Below, piece after piece: positions 29,880 through 40,748 of a stretch of DNA of 50,608 nt. The first letter of the stretch is position 1. Each line of letters opens with the position of its first letter. Where the stretch lies: the IMG/VR virus record IMGVR_UViG_2667527522_000001. The stretch is one strand, 5' to 3'. The notes under the pieces were generated by a model, which saw nothing but the letters and a program-made list of their open reading frames with translations, made no database searches and was not told where the DNA came from. Position numbers and translations under genes: made by a program. The DNA comes from a virus. Its lineage: Duplodnaviria; Heunggongvirae; Uroviricota; Caudoviricetes.

Positions 29880-29982
29880 TTATTACAAAAGCCATTCCCT
29901 ACAGAATGGCTTTGATAATGGCTTATACCCTACACGGGATAACTTAACTGATATCCCTTTTAACGGATAAACGGAGCCAACA

Positions 29983-30225
29983 ATGGCAGAGATTATTCCC
30001 ATGACTGAAGAACAGAAATTCCAGCTAGAGATTTACAAACTGGTCATGAACCAGAACGCAGCCGCAGAGGAAGCATTTCAGTTCATTGGCACTGACGAAC
30101 TGAAGCTTGAGCTATTCAAAATTCACTTCCAGTCAGGCGGCGCTAATTCGGATATCACGATCCGCACATTCGAAGCAGTGCGTAAATCGAAGGAAGCGTT
30201 AGACCTGTTCACTACCGGAGCATAA
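29983..30225 (+). CDS. Hypothetical protein
   Basis: 80-codon ORF just upstream of the terminase small subunit. Confidence 0.4.
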   Translation: MAEIIPMTEEQKFQLEIYKLVMNQNAAAEEAFQFIGTDELKLELFKIHFQSGGANSDITIRTFEAVRKSKEALDLFTTGA

Positions 30226-30227
30226 AC

Positions 30228-30668
30228 ATGGCGCGCCCAACAAAGTATCAAGAGGCGTACGCCGAACAGGCACGCAAACTGTGCTTGCTGGGCTACACCG
30301 ATGCAGAGCTTGCTGATTTCTTCGAAGTCAGTGAGTCAACTATTAACAAGTGGAAGCTTGATTATCCTGAGTTTTCGGAGTCCATAAAAAAGGGTAAGGC
30401 CGTCGCTGATGCAGAAGTTAGTGATCGTCTTTATCAACGCGCTATGGGCTTCGTGGCTCCAGACATCGATATTCGTGTTATTGAAAACAGAATTGTCGAA
30501 ACTCCGCTTGAGAAGTATTACCCGCCTGATACAACGGCCGCCATCTTCTGGCTTAAGAACCGACAGAAGGATAAATGGCGCGACAAGGTTGATCACGAAC
30601 TAACAGGCAAAGACGGCGGCGCAATCCAGATTGAAACATCACCGATGAGCACTCTATTCGGAAAATGA
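30228..30668 (+). CDS. Terminase small subunit
   Basis: 146 aa; N-terminal HTH-like YTDAELADFFEVSESTINKWK; ATGA overlap with the large subunit. Confidence 0.75.
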   Translation: MARPTKYQEAYAEQARKLCLLGYTDAELADFFEVSESTINKWKLDYPEFSESIKKGKAVADAEVSDRLYQRAMGFVAPDIDIRVIENRIVETPLEKYYPPDTTAAIFWLKNRQKDKWRDKVDHELTGKDGGAIQIETSPMSTLFGK

Positions 30669-32080
30669 CCTCGATTAATCCTATCTTTGAACCGTTCATT
30701 GAGGCGCATCGCTACAAAGTCGCCAAAGGCGGTCGAGGTAGCGGTAAATCATGGGCAATTGCGAGGCTGCTTGTTGAGGCGGCACGTCGGCAGCCTGTGC
30801 GTATTCTCTGCGCTCGTGAACTGCAAAACAGTATCAGCGATTCGGTAATCCGGTTGCTTGAAGATACCATCGAGCGTGAAGGGTATTCGGCTGAGTTTGA
30901 AATTCAGCGTTCCATGATTCGTCATCTCGGAACGAATGCTGAGTTCATGTTCTACGGCATCAAAAACAACCCGACGAAGATTAAATCGTTAGAAGGTATT
31001 GATATCTGCTGGGTGGAGGAAGCGGAAGCGGTAACGAAGGAATCATGGGATATCCTGATACCAACCATCCGCAAGCCGTTTTCCGAAATATGGGTGAGCT
31101 TTAACCCTAAGAACATCCTCGACGATACCTATCAGCGATTCGTCGTAAATCCTCCCGATGATATTTGCCTGCTGACGGTGAACTACACCGACAACCCGCA
31201 TTTTCCTGAAGTTCTCCGTCTGGAGATGGAAGAGTGTAAACGCAGAAACCCGACACTGTATCGTCACATCTGGCTTGGTGAGCCAGTAAGCGCAAGTGAT
31301 ATGGCAATCATCAAACGTGAATGGCTTGAAGCCGCAACCGATGCGCACAAGAAACTCGGATGGAAAGCGAAAGGCGCTGTTGTCTCTGCGCATGACCCAT
31401 CAGATACAGGGCCAGATGCTAAAGGTTATGCATCGCGTCACGGTTCGGTTGTTAAGCGCATTGCCGAAGGTCTGCTGATGGACATCAACGATGGCGCTGA
31501 CTGGGCTACTTCGCTGGCGATTGAAGACGGCGCTGACCATTACCTGTGGGATGGTGATGGCGTCGGTGCGGGGCTACGCAGACAGACAACGGAAGCGTTC
31601 TCCGGTAAGAAAATCACCGCCACGATGTTCAAGGGCAGTGAATCGCCATTCGATGAAGATGCACCATATCAGGCCGGAGCATGGGCTGATGAAGTCGTAC
31701 AGGGCGACAACGTTCGCACTATTGGCGATGTGTTCCGCAATAAGCGAGCGCAATTCTATTACGCGCTGGCTGACAGGCTGTATCTGACATATCGGGCGGT
31801 TGTCCACGGTGAGTATGCAGACCCCGACGACATGCTGAGTTTCGACAAAGAAGCGATAGGCGAGAAGATGCTGGAGAAGCTGTTTGCAGAACTGACGCAG
31901 ATTCAGCGCAAATTCAATAATAACGGGAAGCTGGAGCTTATGACTAAGGTCGAAATGAAGCAGAAGCTCGGTATTCCATCTCCTAACCTGGCTGATGCGC
32001 TGATGATGTGTATGCATTGCCCGGAGTCGGCTGCGCAACCCGACTATTCCAGTTACTCAATTCCTTGTGGTGTAGGTTGA
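30665..32080 (+). CDS. Terminase large subunit
   Basis: Walker A KGGRGSGKS; ICWVEEAE Walker B-like; C-terminal nuclease-length region. Confidence 0.9.
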   Translation: MTSINPIFEPFIEAHRYKVAKGGRGSGKSWAIARLLVEAARRQPVRILCARELQNSISDSVIRLLEDTIEREGYSAEFEIQRSMIRHLGTNAEFMFYGIKNNPTKIKSLEGIDICWVEEAEAVTKESWDILIPTIRKPFSEIWVSFNPKNILDDTYQRFVVNPPDDICLLTVNYTDNPHFPEVLRLEMEECKRRNPTLYRHIWLGEPVSASDMAIIKREWLEAATDAHKKLGWKAKGAVVSAHDPSDTGPDAKGYASRHGSVVKRIAEGLLMDINDGADWATSLAIEDGADHYLWDGDGVGAGLRRQTTEAFSGKKITATMFKGSESPFDEDAPYQAGAWADEVVQGDNVRTIGDVFRNKRAQFYYALADRLYLTYRAVVHGEYADPDDMLSFDKEAIGEKMLEKLFAELTQIQRKFNNNGKLELMTKVEMKQKLGIPSPNLADALMMCMHCPESAAQPDYSSYSIPCGVG

Positions 32081-32081
32081 T

Positions 32082-34280
32082 ATGGCAGAAAAAAAGATGA
32101 CTGACTGGCATCGCAAGGTGCTGTGCAACTTTGATAATGCCTGGTCAGCAACGCAGGATATGCGTGAGCAGATTATTGAGGCTCAACGTTTCGTCCGGGT
32201 ATCCGGCGCACAGTGGGAAGGCAGCACAAACGCTGGTTACTCATTTGATGAAGGCAGGTTTGAGCATTACCCGCGCTTTGAACTGAATAAGATTGCCCGT
32301 GAATGTGATCGCATCATTGGCGAGTATCGACAGAATCGCATCAGCGTTAAATTCAGGCCGAAGGATGACAAGGCATCGGAAGCGTTAGCCGAAAAGATGA
32401 ACGGCAAATTCCGCGCTGACTATCAGGAAACATCCGGTGGCGAAGCGTGTGATAACGCATTTGATGATGCCGTAACGGGCGGATTCGGTTGTTTCCGCAT
32501 GTGTGCCGATTACGAAGATGAAATGGATCCGAGTAACGAGCAGCGCCGCATCAGCCTTCTCCCGGTTTACGACCCAGCGACATGCGTCTTCTTCGATCAG
32601 GACAGCAAGCAATATGACCGCTCTGATGCTATGTGGGCTATGGAGATGTTCTCCATGACGCCTAAAGCGTTCGAGGCTGAATACCCTGATTCCATCGCGG
32701 CAAGCCTTTCTCGTGATGACACTGGCACTCAATATGACTGGTCAACGCCCGATGCCATCTATGTTGGACGCTACTACGAAGTTCGCATAGAGAAGGTGAA
32801 GCTCACGGCGTGGCGCAACCCTGTTAGCGGAGAAACGGCAATCTATGATGAAGAGCAAATCAAAGATATTGTCGACGAGCTGACCGATGGTGCATTCGAA
32901 CTGATTGGCGAGCGAACGGTGAAGAAGCGCCGCGTTTATTGCGGTCTTCTGTCTGGCGCTGAATGGCTGGAAGAACCGAAGCGTATTCCGGGTGAACATA
33001 TTCCTCTCATCCCGGTATATGGGCGTCGCTCATTTGTTGATAATCAGGAGCGAATCGAAGGCCACGCAGCAAAAGCGATGGATGCACAGCGTCTTGAGAA
33101 CCTGATGGTTTCCATGATTGCAGATAACGCTACTCAGGCTGGCGGTGATGGAATTCCTGTAGTTGATGTTGACATGATTCCTGGTCCTCTCGCCACTCAT
33201 TGGGCGGAGCGCAACAAAAAGCGCCCGGCGTTCCTGCCGATGGTAAGTCTGAAAAACAAAAACGGAGATATTACTGCGCAGGCTCAGGTCAGCAGTTATA
33301 CACCTCAGACACAAATGCCTCCTGCTCTTGCCGGGCTATTGCAGTACACCGGAACGGCTATTCAGCAAATTACAGGCGCGTCGCAGCTTGAGAACATGCC
33401 GAGCAACGTTGCTACCGATACCGTTGATAGCATCTTTAACAGGATGGATACGCAGTCCTATATCTACATGGACAACATGGCTAAATCCATGCGTCGCGCT
33501 GGCGTTGTGTGGCTTTCTATGGCTCGTGAAGTCTATGGCAGCGATACGCCGATGCGTATCGTTAATGAGGACGGAAGCGATGACGTGGCGCTGATGACTG
33601 GTGAAGTGGTTGACCGTCAGACAGGCCAGGTTATCGCGCTTAACGACCTTTCGCAGGGTAACTATGAAGTGACTGTCGATGTCGGTCAGTCGTTCGCTAC
33701 TCGCCGTGATGCAACGGTTAAGTCGTTACTTTCCATGCTGGCACTTATCCCACCAGGAACGCCGAAGCACGACCTTGTATCGTCGATGATTCTCGACAAT
33801 ATGGACGGCGAAGGGATGGATGACCTTAAAGAATACAACCGCAATCAGTTGCTTCTGTCTGGAGTTATCAAGCCGAGAACGCCAGAAGAGCAGCAGATGG
33901 TTGAGCAGGCGAAACAACAACAGGCCAGTCAGCCAGATCCGGCTATGGTTGCAGCGCAAGGTCAGCTTCTTGCTGGTCAGGCTGAATTGCAGAAAGCGCA
34001 GAACGAACAGGCAGCCATTCAGGTTAAAGCATTCCAGGCACAGACTGATGCTCAGGTTGCAGCGGCAAATGTTGTGAAAATCCTCGCATCTGCCGATAGC
34101 CAGCAGAAATCTGATATCCGCGAGGCTCTGAAACTGCTCGGACAGTTCCAGCAACAGCAAGGAGACAATGCCCGTGCTGATGCAGAGCTTGTCCTGAAAA
34201 GTCAGGCACAGGGTCATGCGCAGCGCATGGACATCAGCAGCATCCTACAAAAATCAACTCAGCAACAACCACAGCAGTAA
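32082..34280 (+). CDS. Portal protein, P22 gp1 type
   Basis: 732 aa; RRRVYCGLL...GEHIPLIPVYG and Gln/Ala-rich C-terminal helix as in P22 portal. Confidence 0.9.
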   Translation: MAEKKMTDWHRKVLCNFDNAWSATQDMREQIIEAQRFVRVSGAQWEGSTNAGYSFDEGRFEHYPRFELNKIARECDRIIGEYRQNRISVKFRPKDDKASEALAEKMNGKFRADYQETSGGEACDNAFDDAVTGGFGCFRMCADYEDEMDPSNEQRRISLLPVYDPATCVFFDQDSKQYDRSDAMWAMEMFSMTPKAFEAEYPDSIAASLSRDDTGTQYDWSTPDAIYVGRYYEVRIEKVKLTAWRNPVSGETAIYDEEQIKDIVDELTDGAFELIGERTVKKRRVYCGLLSGAEWLEEPKRIPGEHIPLIPVYGRRSFVDNQERIEGHAAKAMDAQRLENLMVSMIADNATQAGGDGIPVVDVDMIPGPLATHWAERNKKRPAFLPMVSLKNKNGDITAQAQVSSYTPQTQMPPALAGLLQYTGTAIQQITGASQLENMPSNVATDTVDSIFNRMDTQSYIYMDNMAKSMRRAGVVWLSMAREVYGSDTPMRIVNEDGSDDVALMTGEVVDRQTGQVIALNDLSQGNYEVTVDVGQSFATRRDATVKSLLSMLALIPPGTPKHDLVSSMILDNMDGEGMDDLKEYNRNQLLLSGVIKPRTPEEQQMVEQAKQQQASQPDPAMVAAQGQLLAGQAELQKAQNEQAAIQVKAFQAQTDAQVAAANVVKILASADSQQKSDIREALKLLGQFQQQQGDNARADAELVLKSQAQGHAQRMDISSILQKSTQQQPQQ

Positions 34281-34370
34281 TTAACCCATAACGTGCAATG
34301 GCTGTCTTTATGAGGCCTGGCACCCTATTGCCTTCCGATGGGCTGAACATCGAGTAAACAGGGGTAACAA

Positions 34371-35264
34371 ATGGACCAGATGGCAGAAAACACACCAGAA
34401 GTTGAAATCGAAACCGACGCGTCAGAGCAGATTCCTGATGATGTCGAACTGGCTGAAGAAGTCGAAACAGCAGATGGCAGTGAGTCCTCCGGCAATGATG
34501 CAGAGGAAGCTACTGAAACTGATGACGACGAATCAGAACAGGAATTCTACTTTGGTGACGAAAAGCTGGATTCGCCAACCAGCGAAGATGGAGCTGAGCA
34601 TGGACTGGTAAAACACTTGCGCAAGACGATTAAAGAGAAAGACCGCGAGCTGAAAGAGCTGATGCGTCAGTCTCAGAAACCCGTCGAGCAGCAGCCGGTA
34701 ATCACTCAACCACCGCGAATGCCAAAACTGGACGATGAGGACATCGGTTTCGATGAAGAAATCTACCAGCAACGCATGGCTAAGTGGGCAGAGGATAACG
34801 GCAAATACCAGGAGCAAGTACGAGAGCGGAAACGAGAGGAAGAGGCGCGTACCGCAACGCTTCAGCAGAAAGCAGCCAATTACATGCAGAGAGTAAAAGC
34901 ACTGAAAGTTGCTGGCTACCAGGATGCAGAACAGGCTGTACGCGAAGATGTTCCTGTTCATATTCAGGACATGATCCTTCTTGAGTCAGAGAAGCCGGAA
35001 ATCGTTGTTCTGGCGCTTGGTCGCAACGCTGAACTGCGCAAGCAACTGGCAGAAGCTACCAACCCCGTAGCAATTGGTCGTCTGCTGGAACGTATCGAAT
35101 CGAAGGCCAGAATCATGCCAAAAGCAAAAACCACGGCAGCCACAACCCCGACAGTTAAGGGGAGCAACGGCGCAGTAATCAATAACCTCGACAAACTGAA
35201 AGCCAAGGCGCTGGAAACTGGTGACTGGACGCCGTATTTCGCCGCTAAAAAGGCAAAAAAATAA
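34371..35264 (+). CDS. Scaffolding protein
   Basis: Acidic N-terminus, helical, C-terminal ...LKAKALETGDWTPYFAAKKAKK; sits between portal and coat. Confidence 0.75.
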   Translation: MDQMAENTPEVEIETDASEQIPDDVELAEEVETADGSESSGNDAEEATETDDDESEQEFYFGDEKLDSPTSEDGAEHGLVKHLRKTIKEKDRELKELMRQSQKPVEQQPVITQPPRMPKLDDEDIGFDEEIYQQRMAKWAEDNGKYQEQVRERKREEEARTATLQQKAANYMQRVKALKVAGYQDAEQAVREDVPVHIQDMILLESEKPEIVVLALGRNAELRKQLAEATNPVAIGRLLERIESKARIMPKAKTTAATTPTVKGSNGAVINNLDKLKAKALETGDWTPYFAAKKAKK

Positions 35265-35282
35265 CCTATCGGAGCATTAAGC

Positions 35283-36536
35283 ATGGCTAACCAATTAGCA
35301 AAAGACCTTGAAATCATGTTCGAAAACTACGTTGAAGGCTTTGAGGCCGCCTGCGTAGTTTCCCGTAACGCTAAAAAATTCCGTCCCGGTGATACAGCAA
35401 TGCAGCGAGCAGGTGATGTTCTGTATCGTCCGCAGCATTACCACATGAACATTGAGGAAGGCCTCGATCTCAGCAGCAAAACGCCAACAGCACTGGTTCA
35501 GCGCCTTGTTCCTTCAGTGTTCAAGGAGCCGAAAAACATTCTGTACTCTCTGGATGCGCGTGAAATGCGTGACCCGGAACATAAAACTGAAGCTGGTCGC
35601 GCCGCAGGTATGCGCCTTGCTGCACAGATTGACTCTGATCTGATTTCCATGGTCACGCAGCGTGCTACTAACGTGATCACAATGGCTGACTCAATCACTG
35701 GTTCACAGGGCCGTGATTTGTGGAACTGTGCGGCAGGTATTGATGCCACCATGACGGCGATTGGTGTACCACAGGGTATCAACCGCCGCTCTTTCTGGAA
35801 CCCCTTCAACTACAAAGATCTTGCTGGCGAGCTTGGTCACCGTGCCTATGCTCAGGGCGCAACCCTGACAGCATACGAAAAAGCGCAGATCCCTCCGGTT
35901 GCTTCCTTTGATAGCTACAAGACCGATATTTCTGGTCGATTACCGAAAGGAAGCGCTGAACCCTTGCAGGTATCAGGCCAACCTGAACACAAGGTTGAAG
36001 CGAAAGATTCAAATGGTATGCCAGTTGATAACCGACAGGGGACTATTACGGTATCTGCACCTGGCTTGCAGGTTGGTGATGCGTTCACCATTGCCGGTGT
36101 GAATTCCGTACACCAGATCACAAAAGATACCACCGGGCAACCGCAGGTATTCCGTGTTCTGGCTGTTATCGGAACTACCGTAACAATCTCTCCAAAGATT
36201 CTCCCTGTTGAAAATGCCGATGTTGCGAGTCGTCCATATGCAAACGTCGATGCCAAGCCGGCAGCATCAGCAGCAATCACCATTCTCAACAAGAACGCAG
36301 CACCTGCTAACCTGTTCTGGGCTGATGGTTCTGTTGAGCTGATGTACGGCAAACTGGCGTTCCCGACTGGTCAGGGTCCACAGGTAATGACAGCAACCAC
36401 CGAGCAGGGCGCTACGCTGATCATGTCTTACGCCTTCGACCACCTCAAAGGTGTAACCACTGCGCGTTTCACCACTCTGTACGGTTGCTCTGTACTGGTT
36501 CCTGAATATACGGGCATCGTTATTGCCGGGCAGTAA
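35283..36536 (+). CDS. Major coat protein, P22/Sf6 type
   Basis: 417 aa; NLFWADGSVEL motif; followed by a strong terminator. Confidence 0.85.
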   Translation: MANQLAKDLEIMFENYVEGFEAACVVSRNAKKFRPGDTAMQRAGDVLYRPQHYHMNIEEGLDLSSKTPTALVQRLVPSVFKEPKNILYSLDAREMRDPEHKTEAGRAAGMRLAAQIDSDLISMVTQRATNVITMADSITGSQGRDLWNCAAGIDATMTAIGVPQGINRRSFWNPFNYKDLAGELGHRAYAQGATLTAYEKAQIPPVASFDSYKTDISGRLPKGSAEPLQVSGQPEHKVEAKDSNGMPVDNRQGTITVSAPGLQVGDAFTIAGVNSVHQITKDTTGQPQVFRVLAVIGTTVTISPKILPVENADVASRPYANVDAKPAASAAITILNKNAAPANLFWADGSVELMYGKLAFPTGQGPQVMTATTEQGATLIMSYAFDHLKGVTTARFTTLYGCSVLVPEYTGIVIAGQ

Positions 36537-36542
36537 TTTTGG

Positions 36543-36566
36543 TGGGGCTTCGGCCCCATTTTTATT
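36543..36566 (+). terminator. Rho-independent terminator after the coat gene
   Basis: GGGGCTTCGGCCCC then ATTTTTATT. Confidence 0.6.
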
Positions 36567-36577
36567 GGGAGAAGACA

Positions 36578-36766
36578 ATGGCACGAACAATGCTCTATAA
36601 GCCTGGCAACATGATCACCTGTGGTCAGTTTGCTGTCGATTACATCATTGTTGATGACGAAGAAGTTAAATCTCACCTGAAAAAAGGTTGGGTAAAAACT
36701 CCTGAAGAAACCGCAACGAAGCAAAAAGTGGCTAAGGCGGAAGAAGATGGCGAAAACGAAGGGTGA
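36578..36766 (+). CDS. Small hypothetical protein
   Basis: ORF 36539-36766 trimmed to the first ATG (MARTMLYKPG...). Confidence 0.4.
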   Translation: MARTMLYKPGNMITCGQFAVDYIIVDDEEVKSHLKKGWVKTPEETATKQKVAKAEEDGENEG

Positions 36767-37208
36767 TCTCGTTCTAAAGGCTTTACGAAAAGCCGGGCTG
36801 TATTCCAATGCCACGTTGACAGATGCTGACCCTCAGGCAATTGAAGATGCCATTAATGACCTCGAAGACATGATGGCAGCATGGCAGGCGAAAGGTATCG
36901 AGCTTGGGTATCAGTTTGCTGATACAGAAAACGGCATCATGCCGTTACCTGACGATGATTCAGGTATCCCTGCATGGGCAAATGATGGCGTCGCTTTGAA
37001 ACTCGCTGTGCAAGTGTGCATGGATAACGTCATTCAGCCGTCAGACGCTCTCCTTACTGCTGCTGACTGTGCATATCAGACAATCTGTATCGCTTTAACC
37101 AAAATACCACCACTTGAGCGGCGAAATGACATGCCTCGCGGTAGTGGTAACAAAAGCGCGTTTACGTGGAATCGGTTTTACATCGAGAAAGATGATCCGA
37201 GTACGTGA
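36747..37208 (+). CDS. Head completion / tail accessory protein, P22 gp4 type
   Basis: MAKTKGDLVLKALRKAGLYSNATLTDADPQAIEDAINDLEDMMAAW. Confidence 0.8.
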   Translation: MAKTKGDLVLKALRKAGLYSNATLTDADPQAIEDAINDLEDMMAAWQAKGIELGYQFADTENGIMPLPDDDSGIPAWANDGVALKLAVQVCMDNVIQPSDALLTAADCAYQTICIALTKIPPLERRNDMPRGSGNKSAFTWNRFYIEKDDPST

Positions 37209-37217
37209 GGTGAATAA

Positions 37218-38636
37218 ATGCCGATTCAGCAACTTCCGCTTATGAAAGGTGTCGGCAAAGACTTTCGAAACGCCGACTATATCGACTATCTGCCAGTGAA
37301 TATGTTGGCTACACCCAAAGAAATCCTCAACAGCAGCGGATATCTTCGCTCATTCCCGGGCATTGCCAAACGTTCTGATGTGAACGGTATATCGCGCGGC
37401 GTCGAGTACAACATGGCGCAGAGTGCTGTTTATCGAGTGTGTGGTAGCAAGTTGTATAAGGGCGAAAGTGAGGTCGGTGATGTTGCCGGAAGTGGTCGCG
37501 TATCAATGGCGCATGGTCGGACATCTCAGGCTGTAGGCGTTAATGGTCAACTGGTCGAGTATCGCTATGATGGCACGGTTAAAACCGTATCAAACTGGCC
37601 TACGGACAGCGGATTCACTCAGTATGAGTTAGGCTCGGTCCGCGACATTACGCGCTTACGTGGGCGTTATGCGTGGTCAAAAGACGGAACTGATTCATGG
37701 TTTATCACTGACCTTGAAGACGAATCGCACCCTGACCGATACAGTGCACAATATCGCGCAGAATCGCAGCCGGACGGCATCATCGGTATCGGGACATGGC
37801 GAGACTTCATCGTCTGCTTTGGTTCATCGACGATTGAGTATTTCTCCCTGACTGGTGCAACCACAGTTGGTGCTGCTTTGTATGTCGCCCAGCCATCGCT
37901 GATGGTGCAGAAAGGCATTGCCGGGACTTACTGCAAAACGCCATTCTCTGATTCATATGCGTTCATCAGCAATCCGGCAACAGGTGCGCCGTCTGTGTAC
38001 ATCATCGGCTCCGGTCAGGTATCACCAATCGCCAGCGCGAGTATTGAGAAAATACTACGCTCCTACACTGCTGATGAACTGGCTGATGGCGTGATGGAGT
38101 CTCTGAGATTTGATGCTCATGAGTTGCTGATTATCCACCTTCCACGCCATGTTCTCGTGTACGACGCATCTTCAAGCGCCAATGGTCCGCAATGGTGTGT
38201 GTTGAAAACTGGCTTGTATGACGATGTGTACCGCGCTATCGACTTCATTTACGAAGGCAATCAGATAACGTGCGGCGATAAGCTGGAATCGGTGACCGGG
38301 AAATTGCAATTCGATATCAGCAGCCAGTACGACAAGCAACAGGAACATCTGCTGTTTACTCCACTGTTCAAAGCGGATAACGCCAGAGTGTTCGACCTTG
38401 AGGTTGAATCGTCAACTGGTGTTGCGCAGTTCGCTGACCGCCTGTTCCTCTCTGCAACCACTGACGGCATCAATTACGGTCGTGAGCAGATGATTGAGCA
38501 GAATGAACCGTTCGTTTACGACAAACGCGTTTTGTGGAAGCGAGTCGGGCGCATCAGGAAAAATGTTGGCTTCAAATTGCGCGTTATCACGAAGTCACCT
38601 GTCACTCTGTCTGGCTGCCAGATAAGGATTGAGTAA
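37218..38636 (+). CDS. Tail accessory protein, P22 gp10 type
   Basis: 472 aa; [49 protein letters not shown] close to P22 gp10. Confidence 0.9.
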   Translation: MPIQQLPLMKGVGKDFRNADYIDYLPVNMLATPKEILNSSGYLRSFPGIAKRSDVNGISRGVEYNMAQSAVYRVCGSKLYKGESEVGDVAGSGRVSMAHGRTSQAVGVNGQLVEYRYDGTVKTVSNWPTDSGFTQYELGSVRDITRLRGRYAWSKDGTDSWFITDLEDESHPDRYSAQYRAESQPDGIIGIGTWRDFIVCFGSSTIEYFSLTGATTVGAALYVAQPSLMVQKGIAGTYCKTPFSDSYAFISNPATGAPSVYIIGSGQVSPIASASIEKILRSYTADELADGVMESLRFDAHELLIIHLPRHVLVYDASSSANGPQWCVLKTGLYDDVYRAIDFIYEGNQITCGDKLESVTGKLQFDISSQYDKQQEHLLFTPLFKADNARVFDLEVESSTGVAQFADRLFLSATTDGINYGREQMIEQNEPFVYDKRVLWKRVGRIRKNVGFKLRVITKSPVTLSGCQIRIE

Positions 38637-39589
38637 TGGCTGATTCGAATCTCAATGAGCCAGTAATCATCCAGGCTACGCGGCTCGATACATCAGTTCT
38701 TCCACGCAATATCTTCTCGCAGTCGTATCTGCTTTACGTTATCGCACAGGGCACTGATGTTGGTAACGTGGCTAACAAGGCCAACGAAGCAGGGAAGGGG
38801 GCTTATGATGCACAGGTGAAGAATGATGAGCAGGATGTCACCCTTGCAGACCATGAATCCAGAATTGAAGCTGCTGAAGCAACTCTCATCAATCATGAAC
38901 ATAGAATTGCAGCAGCGGAAAGCACTCTTGCAGATCATGAAACAAGGATTACGGCTGCCGAAACAGAGCTGGCTGATCACGAGACGCGAATTGCTGCCAA
39001 TGAATCTGAGTTAGCAAACCATGATGCGCGAATAACTCAGAATACAACCGATATCGACGCACTTGATACCAGGCTCACAGCGGCAGAGGGAAGTATTCCG
39101 ACACTACAAAACACAGTTGGTGATCACTCAACAAGAATATCTGCGCTTGAGTATGCCACCACGCGCAAGAAATCAGAGGTTGTTTACTCAGGAGTATCGG
39201 TAACCATCCCGACAGCGCCGACCAACCTTGTTAGCCTGCTGAAAACGCTCACGCCGTCATCCGGCACGTTGGCACCATTCTTCGACACCGTTAACAACAA
39301 GATGGTTGTGTTCAACGAGAACAAAACCTTGTTCTTCAAGCTGTCGATCGTCGGGACGTGGCCCAGCGGAACCGCAAACAGGTCAATGCAGCTAACCTTT
39401 TCCAGCTCTGTTCCTGACACACTGGTAAGCAGTCGCAACTCGGCGACAACAACCGATAACATCCTGTTAGCTACGTTCTTCAGCGTGGATAAAGACGGCT
39501 TTCTTGCCACAAATGGCAGTGCGTTAACCATCCAGTCAAATGGGGCGGCGTTTACTGCCACAACCATCAAGATAATCGCGGAGCAGTGA
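38636..39589 (+). CDS. Tail needle, P22 gp26 type, with extended C-terminal domain
   Basis: [44 protein letters not shown]-terminus; heptad ADHETRI repeats; extra C-terminal region. Confidence 0.8.
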   Translation: MADSNLNEPVIIQATRLDTSVLPRNIFSQSYLLYVIAQGTDVGNVANKANEAGKGAYDAQVKNDEQDVTLADHESRIEAAEATLINHEHRIAAAESTLADHETRITAAETELADHETRIAANESELANHDARITQNTTDIDALDTRLTAAEGSIPTLQNTVGDHSTRISALEYATTRKKSEVVYSGVSVTIPTAPTNLVSLLKTLTPSSGTLAPFFDTVNNKMVVFNENKTLFFKLSIVGTWPSGTANRSMQLTFSSSVPDTLVSSRNSATTTDNILLATFFSVDKDGFLATNGSALTIQSNGAAFTATTIKIIAEQ

Positions 39590-40044
39590 TGATTCAGTTC
39601 AAACCAACGCGAAACATCGACCTGATCGAAGCAGTCGGAAATCACCCTGACATTATTGCCGGGAGCAACAACGGTGATGGATACGACTACAAGCCTGAAT
39701 GCCGTTACTTTGAGGTTAACGTGCACGGTCAGTTTGGCGGCATTGTTTACTATCAGGAGATTCAGCCGCTGACATTCGATTGCCACGCCATGTACCTGCC
39801 AGAGGTTCGTGGCTTCAGCAAGGAAATCGGGCTGGCGTTCTGGCGATACATTCTGACTAACACCACTGTTCAGTGCGTCACATCGTTCGCTGCACGCAAA
39901 TTCCGCCACGGTCAGATGTACTGCGCAATGATTGGCCTTAAGCGTGTAGGAACCATCAAGAAATACTTCAAAGGCGTGGATGACGTGACGTTTTACAGCG
40001 CCACACGCGAAGAACTAATCGACTTCCTGAATCACGGGAGATAG
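39586..40044 (+). CDS. Hypothetical protein in the P22 gene 14 position
   Basis: 152-codon ORF between needle and ejection protein genes. Confidence 0.55.
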   Translation: MMIQFKPTRNIDLIEAVGNHPDIIAGSNNGDGYDYKPECRYFEVNVHGQFGGIVYYQEIQPLTFDCHAMYLPEVRGFSKEIGLAFWRYILTNTTVQCVTSFAARKFRHGQMYCAMIGLKRVGTIKKYFKGVDDVTFYSATREELIDFLNHGR

Positions 40045-40046
40045 CC

Positions 40047-40739
40047 ATGTTATATGCATTTAAGCTGGGCAGAAAACTGCGCGGCGAGGAACCTTATTGC
40101 CCTGAAAAAGGCGGGAAAGGTGGCAGCTCTGATAAAAGCGCAAAGTATGCCGCAGAAGCTCAGAAGTATGCCGCAGACCTGCAAAATCAGCAGTTCAACA
40201 CCATCATGAACAACCTGAAGCCGTTTACTCCTCTGGCTGAGAAGTATGTCGGCAGCCTCGAGAACTTATCGTCTCTGGAGGGGCAAGGTCAGGCGCTTAA
40301 CCAGTATTACAACTCTCAGCAGTATAAAGGCCTTGCAGGTCAGGCTCGCTATCAGAGTCTGGCGGCAGCGGAAGCAACAGGTGGATTGGGTTCCACCGCA
40401 ACCAGTAATCAGTTAGCAACAATCGCACCAACGCTTGGTCAGCAATGGCTATCTGGACAAATGAACAATTACAACAACCTGGCAAATATCGGTCTTGGCG
40501 CTCTTCAGGGGCAGGCAAACGCCGGGCAAACATATGCCAACAACATGAGTCAGATTTCACAGCAAAGCGCGGCGCTGGCTGCGGCAAACGCCAACCGACC
40601 GTCAGCATTGCAGCAGGGGGTTAGTGGTGCTGCATCCGGTGCGCTTTTGGGTGGTGGCATAGCCAGTGCTCTCGAGCTATCAACTCCGTGGGGTGCTGGT
40701 ATCGGTGCTGGTCTTGGTCTGCTTGGCTCGTTGTTTTAA
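40047..40739 (+). CDS. Ejection protein, P22 gp7 type
   Basis: 230 aa; Gln/Ala/Gly-rich with C-terminal hydrophobic segment. Confidence 0.75.
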   Translation: MLYAFKLGRKLRGEEPYCPEKGGKGGSSDKSAKYAAEAQKYAADLQNQQFNTIMNNLKPFTPLAEKYVGSLENLSSLEGQGQALNQYYNSQQYKGLAGQARYQSLAAAEATGGLGSTATSNQLATIAPTLGQQWLSGQMNNYNNLANIGLGALQGQANAGQTYANNMSQISQQSAALAAANANRPSALQQGVSGAASGALLGGGIASALELSTPWGAGIGAGLGLLGSLF

Positions 40740-40748
40740 GGGGTAATC

